Made by a program: the position numbers and the translations under genes. A stretch of 64,000 bases of DNA from contig JBIJBE010000001.1 in the NCBI GenBank assembly GCA_044345405.1, forward strand, positions 32,001 through 96,000, read 5' to 3'. Of this stretch, positions 49,037-58,918 are shown piece after piece. This DNA is from Bdellovibrionota bacterium (GTDB lineage: Bacteria > Bdellovibrionota_C > UBA2361 > OMII01). The notes under the pieces are model-generated. The model was not told where the DNA came from, did not search any database, and saw only the letters and a program-made list of their open reading frames with translations. The stretch's first letter is position 1, and each line of letters begins with the position of its first letter.

Positions 49037-50698
49037 ATGATTGAGAATCGTCAAGATGCGAGAGATGGTGACCGACACGATCGTGAACCGCGCGGTCAAT
49101 CCCTCGAGGGAATCTCCCTCAATCGCCCTGACTGGAAGGAACACTGGGCATCACTTTCTCGCATTGGTTGCTCGAGCGAGCTTCTAGAATCCAAGATCTT
49201 TCGCCTTAGAGAGCTTCAAGAGGCACTCGCGCTGTATCACGTGACCGCCTCCACTGAGGCGGCTGCCCCACCATATAATCTCGACGACCGAGAACGGCTT
49301 CACGCAGAGATTCTGAAGCTTGATGAGAGTCTTTCGACATTTTCGAATTTCATGAAGGAGGTTCGACGAATGAATCTCTCCCCATCGCGGATGGGACTGG
49401 AGTTTAGTGACCCGCTTTTCAGCTACTATTCTTCAGAGCGGAGGTTGGCGGATTTCGCGGCATTTAAGGAGGGCGCGCCTCTTCCTCCAGGGTGCGAACA
49501 CCTCCACGCAAAGCTCTTCTGTAGGGAGATCGGACGATATGTAGAGGAGCTCAAGACGCTTCTCGCGGATCCTGTTGGAGAGGCTCAGAGAATTCCAAGT
49601 GTGCAAGACATTGATCTCTTCATGGGTATGATTATCGATCCTGTGGTGTTCCTCCCTTCATCCGAGTGGTGTGGGGTCATTCAGGTATGCAGAGGCCTCA
49701 CCGACGCTGGAATACTAACGCCCTCGAGGTTTCTCGATTTCGCAAACTCTTTCATCGGGCGAGATCCCGCGAGTGACACGACCATTGAGATGGTCTGTGG
49801 ATCTCTTCCCTCGCTTCGGGGAGGGTTTGCTCCAGAGGCGGATGAATCCCTTTATCGTCTTGGGGTATCGCTCGCTCAGAAGCGAGGTTGGGAACACCTT
49901 TTTGAACGCCCCTTTATATCTTCCCATCCGATAACTGAGTTCGGCTATTTCTCAGAGTTGCTCCACCGAGCGGCGGATTTTAATGTGGAGAGCCGAGAGA
50001 ACCGGAGGGTTATCATGTCGAGGGTTCTGTATCATCACGCGATCCTCCGTGTTAGTCCAAGTGAGGGTAAATGGTATAGCGAGGGTACCGCGCGTGCGCA
50101 GGCCGCGATGATAAAGATCATGGAGCATGATCCGGCGGACTTCGCTATCGAGTCCCTTCGGTTAGCTCACCGTGTGTTGTGGCGGAGGTGGGAAGACCTA
50201 GGACACCTCTGGAGAGGAGCTACTCTCGGGGTAGGGTTCGGGGATCCCTCGGTACAGCACACCTTTCTGCGTTATATTCTCCAAGATCGATACGCGGTCG
50301 GTGCGCTGAAGGGAATCCTATCGGAGGGCGCTACCTCGTTGGGCGCCAACTCCCATTTGGTACGGGGGCTGCGGCAGATCCTCAAGGATAGAAGAAGCGG
50401 GGATTCGGATATATTGTTTCCCGACAACGCCGTGCGCGCGCTTGAGTTGTTGGATCATACCGGCTCGCTCGGCCTGGCCGCTGCCCCTGAGGTGCTCTCG
50501 CTACTAGGCATCTCCGCCTACGAGATTCCGTTATTCGGGGGGCTGATATCGGCTCCGTGGCCGTGCTCAATGGACCCCGATAGTAGCGTCCAGCGAAGGG
50601 CGCGAGCGCTCGTCGCGCGGTGGGAGGCAGAGTACGGTGCTCTCAGTCCCGCAATTCAGTCGAAGCTCGCTCGATACGATGCCAGGTTTGCCTCCTAG
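49037..50698 (+). CDS. Large helical hypothetical protein (553 aa)
   Basis: GGGGGAG RBS; long ORF; no recognised motif. Confidence 0.7.
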   Translation: MIENRQDARDGDRHDREPRGQSLEGISLNRPDWKEHWASLSRIGCSSELLESKIFRLRELQEALALYHVTASTEAAAPPYNLDDRERLHAEILKLDESLSTFSNFMKEVRRMNLSPSRMGLEFSDPLFSYYSSERRLADFAAFKEGAPLPPGCEHLHAKLFCREIGRYVEELKTLLADPVGEAQRIPSVQDIDLFMGMIIDPVVFLPSSEWCGVIQVCRGLTDAGILTPSRFLDFANSFIGRDPASDTTIEMVCGSLPSLRGGFAPEADESLYRLGVSLAQKRGWEHLFERPFISSHPITEFGYFSELLHRAADFNVESRENRRVIMSRVLYHHAILRVSPSEGKWYSEGTARAQAAMIKIMEHDPADFAIESLRLAHRVLWRRWEDLGHLWRGATLGVGFGDPSVQHTFLRYILQDRYAVGALKGILSEGATSLGANSHLVRGLRQILKDRRSGDSDILFPDNAVRALELLDHTGSLGLAAAPEVLSLLGISAYEIPLFGGLISAPWPCSMDPDSSVQRRARALVARWEAEYGALSPAIQSKLARYDARFAS

Positions 50699-50730
50699 GG
50701 AGGGCTGTACTAGACCGAGCGCTCCAAGCC

Positions 50731-53502
50731 CTACTTTCGCGCCTCCCACTGGTACGTGAGCTTCCTGTCGCCAGGCATGGACTCGGTGGTCTTGCCTGAC
50801 AGGATTCCCTTCTCAAGATCGAACTCAGCCTCTGATGAGGTCATGGCGTCACCGTGAGCGTCTCTGAGGAGTGAGGTGAAGGTAACTCGATACCGTGTGC
50901 CCTCGCGGGATGAGATCGTACCGGTGAAGGGGCGCATGGTTTGAATGACCTTGACCGTACCCGATACATCTCGAACCGGGATCTCTGTGACCGAGAGTCC
51001 TGAAACCGCTCTACCCGTGCGCGCCGTAATAAGAAGCATGCCGCGAGGTAAGGTGTCCTTATCCTCCTTTGCTTTCCAGAACCATGCGCCATTGAGGCGT
51101 GGGTCATTGGCGAGGGCCGAGGTAGTTCCGTCGGGCACAGTTGAGGACGTCTCCGTTGTATGTTCGCGTTCCTTCACCAGTCCCTCGGGTTGGGTAAGCT
51201 CTCGTGCGGCGAACTGTTGTCGCGCGAGGAGCTCCGCCTGTGTGCGGGCCCCTTCGCTAAACCAGTCGACGGTCTCGCCGATTCGCTCTGTGCCGTCGGA
51301 GGAGACGGCGTAGCCCTGTTTCACATGGATGTTTCTCGTGCTGGCGTCCTGCGTACGTGGTCCAATGAAGAGTTTCGTCACTCCCAGGTCGGTGATCGTT
51401 CGCACCTCACCAGCGCCGACCACCGCGTCCGATCCACGATCGAACCACAAGGCGAGTGGTTCGAGCTCGGTGCCCGATATCTCTCCGTCCCCGTTATGAT
51501 CGAGTGTTTCCAGCGCCTCGTAGCCATCGCGCCATGGTCGTGGAGCGGTTGCCGCGTCGAGCGAGGTGGTTGCGCTTCGTTGCCCACCGAAGGTCCAGTT
51601 TCCAAAGAGTTGGTCCGCCGAGGTGACCGCTCCCTTGTGGGCAGGATCGTAGACTAAGAGTGGAGTCTCTTCAGAGCCGTGCCACATGTACCAGTTGTCC
51701 GAACGACTCTTGTCGAGCGCGAACTGGACGATCGAGCCGTGAGCGGTTATCGGTCGGGAGGTGTTCCACATGAGGGAGATAGGGGATGATGGATAGAAGG
51801 TAATCTTGGTCGCGCCGCAGGTTCTCTTCGAGGCTACCTGAGACACAGGAATCACGTTACAGGCGGCGTCTAAGTAAATCTTTGTGTCGATGCATGCGCC
51901 CTCCCAATGCACATACCCAGGAGCGCCCACAGGCGCGCGTTTTACGCACTCGATCTTTCCTGGATCCTCCGCCGGTACCGCGCCATATGCCCAAATTCTT
52001 GCCTCCGGATTGCACCAACATTGTGGTGTTCTCGGAGTGTTATCTTTTGTGCACGGTGAGCTGCAATTCGGAGCGGTGTTTTTAAGGTCGTTGTAGAATA
52101 CGCCGTACCGAACTTTGGCGAGGTCGTCGAGGAACCAAATAGCCCAGTAGTCGTCGTGATAGTGGAAGTTGCCCTCGATGTCCCAAAACTTCGGATCTTT
52201 TTCGGTGTACACGGCCATCTTCGATATCTTGTCCCGCCAATGATTGAGGCAGCTTGGGGTTCCTGATTTGAGCGGAGGAAAGACCTTGTCAAACGAGTAG
52301 TGCCCGAAATCCCCGATCGGATCGTCGATTTTTTGTCCCTCAACCTCAGCGACGAAGAGGTCGCATGGTGCCGGTTCGTCCTGGCACATAACTTCTGTCT
52401 TGATTGAGAACGCTGCCCAATCGTGCCAGCCTGACGTGCTCGGCACTCGAGCCTCTCCTTGGATGGTCGCGGTGCTATTCATGAGTGAGCCCTGGCGAGC
52501 TGAAACCGTCACATTGCGGACCTCTCCACTCACGGTCACGCCGTTCGGGCGTAGCAGCTGTACACTCACGTTTGGAGTAGCCCCGTTGCTCCACGAAACC
52601 GCCAACGTCGCGCGATATGACCATCCACCAAGTGAACCGGTCGCGCTTCCTGAAATTGTTGCGCTTCCACCTCTGATAAGGCGGGAGCCGGATTGACTAT
52701 CCACCATGACCATTCCGGTGCCGGTTGCGCTGCGCATCGCCCATCTGTTGCCGGACGGCACGGTGCCGCCATTTACAGTTGCGGTAAATGGAACCTCAAA
52801 TGTGCCCTCCGTGCACTGTGATGGCGGGGTTGGTGTACATGGTGAAGCTTCACGGGTCGTAGTCTCAGTGTCACCCACACGGTTCGTGCAGCAAGGGTCC
52901 GATATCGCTGTGACCTTCCGTATTATCCTCTGCCCACACGGTGTTGGTTGATCCTGCCAGGTAACCACACAGCTGTTTGGATCTTTTGTCTGAACCACCT
53001 TACATGTGCCGGGATTTGCGGGATCGCACTGATAGGTCGTGCATCCATCAGCGGAAGGTGGACACGTCGCTGGTGCCCCTGTCGCTCCGCACTTACCGGT
53101 TGAGGTGGCGCAGCTGTACGCTTGGCACGCGTTGACGCCGCTAGTAGGTGTGCACGGTCGCGGACTTGATGGCAGGACATTCTTTGACTGCCACGATGCC
53201 GTGCTGCCGCTCGCGACGCACTCTTTGACATAGTCCATGCAACTACCCGGTACTGGCTCAGGCGCTGTTTCATATCCGGCCGCGAGTCCGTCGCACGACG
53301 GGCCGATGGTGTTTACGGTTTCTGGGCTTTTGAGAGTGATGCCACCACCCTTGGATTGAGCCGCGAGTTCCTGCGTTTGAGGAGATAGAACGGAGATAAG
53401 AATATACGCTAGAGCGAACGCCAGCATGCCCCTACGTGCGGAGTGCGCACGCCGCAGACGTGGGTGGTGCCCCATCTCTAGGGGGGCTCTTTGATTGTTC
53501 AC
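50731..53502 (-). CDS. Large secreted Cys-rich protein with an FrpC SPM-like Ca-binding module
   Basis: Signal/TM, Cys-rich N-part, SPISL...LLVYD...QLFGN...GYEALETLDHNGDGEI...LWFD...GEVRTITDLGV; GTG start after GGGAG. Confidence 0.72.
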   Translation of the reverse strand: MNNQRAPLEMGHHPRLRRAHSARRGMLAFALAYILISVLSPQTQELAAQSKGGGITLKSPETVNTIGPSCDGLAAGYETAPEPVPGSCMDYVKECVASGSTASWQSKNVLPSSPRPCTPTSGVNACQAYSCATSTGKCGATGAPATCPPSADGCTTYQCDPANPGTCKVVQTKDPNSCVVTWQDQPTPCGQRIIRKVTAISDPCCTNRVGDTETTTREASPCTPTPPSQCTEGTFEVPFTATVNGGTVPSGNRWAMRSATGTGMVMVDSQSGSRLIRGGSATISGSATGSLGGWSYRATLAVSWSNGATPNVSVQLLRPNGVTVSGEVRNVTVSARQGSLMNSTATIQGEARVPSTSGWHDWAAFSIKTEVMCQDEPAPCDLFVAEVEGQKIDDPIGDFGHYSFDKVFPPLKSGTPSCLNHWRDKISKMAVYTEKDPKFWDIEGNFHYHDDYWAIWFLDDLAKVRYGVFYNDLKNTAPNCSSPCTKDNTPRTPQCWCNPEARIWAYGAVPAEDPGKIECVKRAPVGAPGYVHWEGACIDTKIYLDAACNVIPVSQVASKRTCGATKITFYPSSPISLMWNTSRPITAHGSIVQFALDKSRSDNWYMWHGSEETPLLVYDPAHKGAVTSADQLFGNWTFGGQRSATTSLDAATAPRPWRDGYEALETLDHNGDGEISGTELEPLALWFDRGSDAVVGAGEVRTITDLGVTKLFIGPRTQDASTRNIHVKQGYAVSSDGTERIGETVDWFSEGARTQAELLARQQFAARELTQPEGLVKEREHTTETSSTVPDGTTSALANDPRLNGAWFWKAKEDKDTLPRGMLLITARTGRAVSGLSVTEIPVRDVSGTVKVIQTMRPFTGTISSREGTRYRVTFTSLLRDAHGDAMTSSEAEFDLEKGILSGKTTESMPGDRKLTYQWEARK

Positions 53503-53527
53503 AGTGCGGCTCCCGTTTACTAGGTGC

Positions 53528-53555
53528 TTATCGGGACGGACGGCACACGGCTTCA
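53528..53555 (-). promoter_or_regulatory. Candidate sigma28-type promoter
   Basis: TGAAG-N15-CCCGATAA on the minus strand. Confidence 0.55.
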
Positions 53556-53701
53556 AGGACTTAAGGTTTTATCTCTCAATTTGTCCGAAAATAGTTCGCA
53601 GGGATTAAAAGGGGTAGAAAGAGGGGGTTGGGTGGCACGGTGGGCTCAGAGCGGGGCGGCGATAGGGAAGCAGGGGATGGGTTAAAGGGCGCCTCACATC
53701 C

Positions 53702-54376
53702 TTAGGCCGCCCCCCTGTGCTCCTTTCGAACGATAATGAGGTGCCGTGTAATATCGGTCCCCGGCAATGGAGTTGTGATGACCCGCTCGATCTTTCCGCC
53801 GAGGCGCTTGAGAAGGGGGTCGCTCCCCTCAACTTCTTGCTCGTAACCGCTTCCCTTCATCGCCACAACGATCCCGCCGACCTTGGCGAGAGGAAGGAGC
53901 CACTCCATCAATTTCGGAAACGCCGCGACGGCGCGTGAGACAACCACGTCGTAGCCGTTTCGGTGCTGTGGCATGGTGGCGAGCGTTTCAGCGCGGGAGT
54001 GAACACCGATGCAGTTTTTGATGCCGCACTCGTGCGCCGTAAACTCGACGAACTTCACCTTCTTGAGCGTTGAGTCGAGAAGGGTGACGCGCGAGTTCGG
54101 AAGGAGCGCCGCGAGCGGTACTCCCGGGAAACCGGCCCCCGTTCCTACGTCGATTATCTTTAGGGGACTGTCCTTCGGAAGCGCCAGGAGCGCGGTGAGC
54201 GAATCCAACAGGTGGAGGGTAACGTAGTCCGTTCGAGGTATACGGGTGAGGTTAAAGGATCGGTTCGTGACGTCGAGCGCCTCGAGGTAAGCGATGAGCG
54301 ACGTCGTCTGGTCAGGGGTGATCTCAAATCCGAGCTCTTTCAAGCCGTCGGCAAGTTGTTCGTGTTCAGGTTTCAT
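53702..54376 (-). CDS. rsmG: 16S rRNA m7G527 methyltransferase
   Basis: FNLT, HLLDSL, DVGTGAGFPG, RAE, SRAVA, MKG. Confidence 0.95.
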   Translation of the reverse strand: MKPEHEQLADGLKELGFEITPDQTTSLIAYLEALDVTNRSFNLTRIPRTDYVTLHLLDSLTALLALPKDSPLKIIDVGTGAGFPGVPLAALLPNSRVTLLDSTLKKVKFVEFTAHECGIKNCIGVHSRAETLATMPQHRNGYDVVVSRAVAAFPKLMEWLLPLAKVGGIVVAMKGSGYEQEVEGSDPLLKRLGGKIERVITTPLPGTDITRHLIIVRKEHRGAA

Positions 54377-54387
54377 AGAGAGGTTCG

Positions 54388-55605
54388 TTAGGGGAGTCGC
54401 TCAGCGACGATGACCCACGGTTTGTCATGGTAGCGGAAAAAGAAGACAACTCCAAATGGGGAGGTATGGGTGTGTTTCGGGAGGTCGAGCTCAGCTCGGA
54501 TCTGTTCGATCTCACCCGAGAAATTTCGCTTCTTCAGCTCGGTCCTGTTGCTCCATCCCAGGCGTGTTAGGGTCTCTTTGAGTTTTTTCTTTGAGAAGGG
54601 GAGGTTCTCCAGCACTCGGTACGCGGTGTAGAGGGGGGAGGGGGCTGGCTGGGTTGAAGAGATGCCGTAGGCGACATCGTGCGCCACTGGTTGAATGTTG
54701 TGTTCAAAGAAGAAGGCCTCAAGCTTCTGACATCGGTTGAGCGTTCCGTGCGCTTCGACGAGGTAGCCCTCAAGATCGTCGGCGATGAACGGTGTTCCTC
54801 CGTTGTCTGATGGCTCCCACGCTGCCGCTCGGTCGGTTACAACGATGCTCGAATCTTTAATTGGGCTTCCGTACCACAGCGTCTGCTCAAGGCACTCCTC
54901 GCCGAAGCCGACGAACTGCCGAACCCACCCCTCGAGTGCCTCGGGGCTGGTCCCTGAGGGACTCGGCTCAACGAAGAGGCCCGGACTAATCTTGAGAGCT
55001 CGCAGTGAGGCGATGTTCAACGAGAGGAGAAAAGAGAGAGGAGGTGAGTAATCCTCACCGCTCTTGATGCGTTCCCCGGTCCGGGTTCTTCGGGCGGGAT
55101 CGGCGTAGAGCGCGTCAAATGATTCGGTGAGCGTTGGAACGATCGCTTGCGCGTCTCCAACGAGAAAAGTCACGTTCGTGATCCCTTGGAGCGCGAGGTT
55201 TCGCCTCGCCAGTTCCGAAGCGACCGGATCTCCATCGATCGTTGTGACATGCTTCGCTACCTTGGCGAGCGCCGCGGTGTCGGAACCCGTGCCCGTTCCG
55301 ATCTCAAGGACGTGTGTTCGTCCGGCGAAGAACTGCGCTCGATAGGATGCGATCGAGTGTCGAGAAGCTTGTTGGAGGAGGCTTAGGGAGAAGTGCCCAT
55401 CTTTGGCCCACTCGCCGAGTTTGTCGGCGGCTTGTCGACGAGCGATGAACGTCTCTACGGCTAGGTTAAGTTCGCGCGTGTCAGAGTTCGGAAAAGCCTT
55501 TCGCAATTTCAACACCAGCGCAGGGGCATCCAGCTTCGATGAGCTCTCTGAGAGGCTTTGTAGCGCCTGCTCGTAGGTTGTCCATGTGTTGTTTGAGGTG
55601 CTCAC
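54388..55605 (-). CDS. Class I SAM methyltransferase with THUMP-like C-terminal domain
   Basis: LQQAS, EIGTGTGSD, YADPARR, KISPG, KKRNF. Confidence 0.8.
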   Translation of the reverse strand: MSTSNNTWTTYEQALQSLSESSSKLDAPALVLKLRKAFPNSDTRELNLAVETFIARRQAADKLGEWAKDGHFSLSLLQQASRHSIASYRAQFFAGRTHVLEIGTGTGSDTAALAKVAKHVTTIDGDPVASELARRNLALQGITNVTFLVGDAQAIVPTLTESFDALYADPARRTRTGERIKSGEDYSPPLSFLLSLNIASLRALKISPGLFVEPSPSGTSPEALEGWVRQFVGFGEECLEQTLWYGSPIKDSSIVVTDRAAAWEPSDNGGTPFIADDLEGYLVEAHGTLNRCQKLEAFFFEHNIQPVAHDVAYGISSTQPAPSPLYTAYRVLENLPFSKKKLKETLTRLGWSNRTELKKRNFSGEIEQIRAELDLPKHTHTSPFGVVFFFRYHDKPWVIVAERLP

Positions 55606-55737
55606 GAGGCGCGTTTGTCCGATGGTGTCGTAGTGTTTGTTCGATTAGTCCTGCGTTTTGGAAAGAGTGTCAAGTCTGAGGAATATCACATCCTCTCATA
55701 TTGCTGAGGCCTCCTGAGAGGGGATACTCTGCAAGCT

Positions 55738-56406
55738 ATGGAAGTTCCTCTCAAAGCTCGACATCTCACCAAGATCTTTCGCAACGGCGGAGCGGAGACG
55801 GCGGTCCTTCGCGGGGTAACTCTCGATATTCAGCAAGGCGAATTCGTCGCGCTCATGGGGCCCTCAGGGTGTGGGAAGAGTACGCTTCTCAATATCCTTG
55901 GGCTCGCGGATCGTCCTACATCAGGGGAGGTCGTTATCGGAGGCTCCTCTACCGAAGGTGCCTCCAACCATACTCTTCAGCTGCTCCGTCGTCAGAAGCT
56001 CGGCTACGTCTTTCAACAATTCAATCTCCTCTCCACACTCACCGCTCGCGAGAATGTCATGGTGCCGCTTATCCTGAATGGTGCCATCGTCGAGTCCGCC
56101 GGAGAGCGCGCGGATGAACTATTGGCTCGGGTCGGTTTGGGGGGCCGTGGAGACGCGATGCCCTACAGTTTATCGGGAGGTGAAATGCAGCGGGTGGCGA
56201 TAGCTCGGGCCGTAGCGCACAGGCCACTCGTTATCTTGGCGGATGAACCGACCGGAAGTCTGGATTCTAAGACGGGGGCGCGGGTGCTTGAGCTTCTCAA
56301 GGAGCAGACGGGCCATGGCATCGCGGTTCTCATGGCGACTCACAGTGACACCGCGAGCGCGGTTTGCTCACGAGTGCTTCATATGCGGGATGGCGTTCTG
56401 GAATAG
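55738..56406 (+). CDS. LolD/MacB-type ABC ATP-binding protein
   Basis: [31 protein letters not shown]. Confidence 0.92.
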   Translation: MEVPLKARHLTKIFRNGGAETAVLRGVTLDIQQGEFVALMGPSGCGKSTLLNILGLADRPTSGEVVIGGSSTEGASNHTLQLLRRQKLGYVFQQFNLLSTLTARENVMVPLILNGAIVESAGERADELLARVGLGGRGDAMPYSLSGGEMQRVAIARAVAHRPLVILADEPTGSLDSKTGARVLELLKEQTGHGIAVLMATHSDTASAVCSRVLHMRDGVLE

Positions 56407-56416
56407 GTGAGTCGCG

Positions 56417-58918
56417 ATGCCCTCCTCAACCCTCATGCCCCGATGGCTCTTTGAACGCTTCATACTGAGAAGATCTCTGCGCAATCCTGTTCGGCTGTTG
56501 TTGCTTCTGTGCGCGATCGCGGTTTCTACCACTCTGGTGTCCTCTGTTCTCCGCGTGAGTTTGGCGAGCGTTACTTCGTTCGAGGAGTCCCTTGGTTACT
56601 CCGGCGATGAGTATCCGCTGATCGTGACACCGCGGGGAGGCCGTCTTTCGATGCGCGAGGTTGGGAGTTGTCTCTCCGCACTGAGGAACGCGTTCACTAT
56701 CGTGACGTATCGTCGGGAGGTCGGTGAAGCGCAAACGCCAACAGGGCCACGAGCGGTGTCGGTGATCGGCGTCACCGGGATTGAGGATCTCTCAACCTCT
56801 GAGCTCGGTCAGAGCGGAGTCGTGACCTCTGAACGAATAGCGAAGTTGCTTGATCACGGGGAGGGAGAGACCCTTCGCCTTACGGTCGCTGGACGGTCGC
56901 TGGAGGGACCTATTGCTATAGAATCCGCTAGCACAGGCCTATCACTAGAGGGCGTTGTTGTTCCCCTCTCATGGCTCTCTCGGGGTGAAGGTGAGGTGAT
57001 CGCCGACGCGATCCTTCTTAAGCCGCGGCGGGCCGCTCCCCTGGAGCAGTACCAACGCTCGTTGGGAGAGTTCCTCTCCTCATGCGGCTCGCTCTCGGTG
57101 CCGCTGCAGGTTGATTCCGTAACGAGTCGGATTGAACGGGGCGAGAGCCTCGTCGCCGCGTATCGTTTTAACATCATGATCATGGCGGGCATGACCCTGC
57201 TGGTGTGCGCGTTGTTGATCTCCCAGGCGACCCAGCTCAGTTTGCGGTCACTCGCCCGGGAGCTCTCCGTGTTGCAAACGCTCGGTGTCGGAAAGACCGG
57301 CTGCTTCGCCGCCATCGTGCTCGAGGCGGCGATCGTGGGTGGTGTCGGCGCGGTGCTTGGTGTCACCGTGGGAGAGCCTCTCACCGTGCGCTTGACGGAG
57401 CTCTTTCTTCAGACGGCCCATGATATCTATAACCTGAGCTTGGGTGGTAGTGATTCGCTCCATCTCGCGCAGCGCGTTGTCGTTGTTGTTGGAATGGTGC
57501 TCATGGCGAGCGTTGGATCGGCGCTCGGGACGTTCGAGGCGTTACGAGTCTCGCCATCCGTGGGGACACGTATCGAGCACCTTCATGTGAAACCTATCCC
57601 CGTTAGGTGGGCCGGGTCTTGCGCGGGTGTTAGTTGCGCGGTGTTTGCCGTGGCATACGCCGCGGCAACCCTTACTACCTCACCGGTCTGCGCCTATCTT
57701 TTTATCGCGGCGTGTCTGGCATTGGTCGCCGGGTGTACCCCTGCAGCGCTCGCTATCGCTCCCCGCGCGTTGCGGTGGTCTCGGGGCTCACTGCTGATGT
57801 GGTTCGCGCGTGGAGGGATTCAGGTTGGCGGGCGTGGTTTCCTGTTAGGGGCTATCGGCGCCGCGTTGAGCATGACACTTATCTGCTCCCTTTCGCTCAT
57901 GGTAGGGAGCTTCCGGACCACGCTTGAGCGGTGGACCCTTCAGCGCCTGCAAGGCGATCTCTTTGTTTCCGCCGCGCTCGAGGGAGCGGGAACTAACACC
58001 CGCATTCCCACAGATCTCGCCCCCCGCGTTCGAGGTCTCCCGGGGGTTCGGCGGGTTATCCCCTATTATGAGACGATGACGACCTATCAGGGGCTTCCAC
58101 TGGTCGTGAGCGCTTCTCGGATGGAGGATCAGCTCGCGCGAGGGATCTACGTGGTACGGACGGGTGCTCTTGAGAAGGAGGTCCTTATCTCGGGACGTGG
58201 AGCGCTCCTCAGTGAGAGTGCCGCTCGGAAGCTTCACCTCTCGGTTGGAGATTCGATGGTGATTGAGGGGAGACGGGTACTTGTCACCGCCATCATTCAA
58301 GAGTTTGGGACGGAGCATCCCCTCGCTCAGATTGATGAGGGGCTTTTTCTGGAGATCTATCCCCGACAGCAGCCGGAAAATCTCACCATCGACCTGGAGG
58401 GGAATGTGAGTCCGCGCGTGGCGAAAGGGGGCCTTGAGGGCGTTGTGGGCACGGTTGGCATTGTGCGGGACAATCGAGAGCTTCGAGAGTACGCCCTCAC
58501 TCTTTTCGACAGAACCTTCCAGATAACGCTCAGTATTCGATGGATCGTGTTCGGTATCGCCTTGCTAGGGATGGTGTTGAGCGCTCTTCAGAATCTGTGG
58601 GAGCGGCGGCGTGAGATAAAGACGATGAGAGTTCTTGGCTTCTCTTCAAATCAGATCATGGGCGCTCACGTCCTTGAAAACACCGTGGTGTGTGCCCTTC
58701 CGGTCATCCTCGGTCTTGTGGTTGGTGTCGCGCTAGGATGGGGACTCACCGAGTTTGTGAATCCTCGCGCGTTTGGTTGGTCTATCGATTTCACCCTCTC
58801 CGTTATGCCGGCTGTGGTCGGATTCGCGTTTATTGTTGGAGTCGCGCTTGTGACGTTGGTGGCTATAGGCGTTGTGTTGAGAGGATTACTTGAGGAGGCT
58901 ACGTTGTCCGATGAATAA
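56417..58918 (+). CDS. FtsX/MacB-like duplicated ABC permease (AttF/G-like)
   Basis: Two repeats each with RELSVLQTLG / ERRREIKTMRVLG; VNPRAFGW. Confidence 0.85.
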   Translation: MPSSTLMPRWLFERFILRRSLRNPVRLLLLLCAIAVSTTLVSSVLRVSLASVTSFEESLGYSGDEYPLIVTPRGGRLSMREVGSCLSALRNAFTIVTYRREVGEAQTPTGPRAVSVIGVTGIEDLSTSELGQSGVVTSERIAKLLDHGEGETLRLTVAGRSLEGPIAIESASTGLSLEGVVVPLSWLSRGEGEVIADAILLKPRRAAPLEQYQRSLGEFLSSCGSLSVPLQVDSVTSRIERGESLVAAYRFNIMIMAGMTLLVCALLISQATQLSLRSLARELSVLQTLGVGKTGCFAAIVLEAAIVGGVGAVLGVTVGEPLTVRLTELFLQTAHDIYNLSLGGSDSLHLAQRVVVVVGMVLMASVGSALGTFEALRVSPSVGTRIEHLHVKPIPVRWAGSCAGVSCAVFAVAYAAATLTTSPVCAYLFIAACLALVAGCTPAALAIAPRALRWSRGSLLMWFARGGIQVGGRGFLLGAIGAALSMTLICSLSLMVGSFRTTLERWTLQRLQGDLFVSAALEGAGTNTRIPTDLAPRVRGLPGVRRVIPYYETMTTYQGLPLVVSASRMEDQLARGIYVVRTGALEKEVLISGRGALLSESAARKLHLSVGDSMVIEGRRVLVTAIIQEFGTEHPLAQIDEGLFLEIYPRQQPENLTIDLEGNVSPRVAKGGLEGVVGTVGIVRDNRELREYALTLFDRTFQITLSIRWIVFGIALLGMVLSALQNLWERRREIKTMRVLGFSSNQIMGAHVLENTVVCALPVILGLVVGVALGWGLTEFVNPRAFGWSIDFTLSVMPAVVGFAFIVGVALVTLVAIGVVLRGLLEEATLSDE

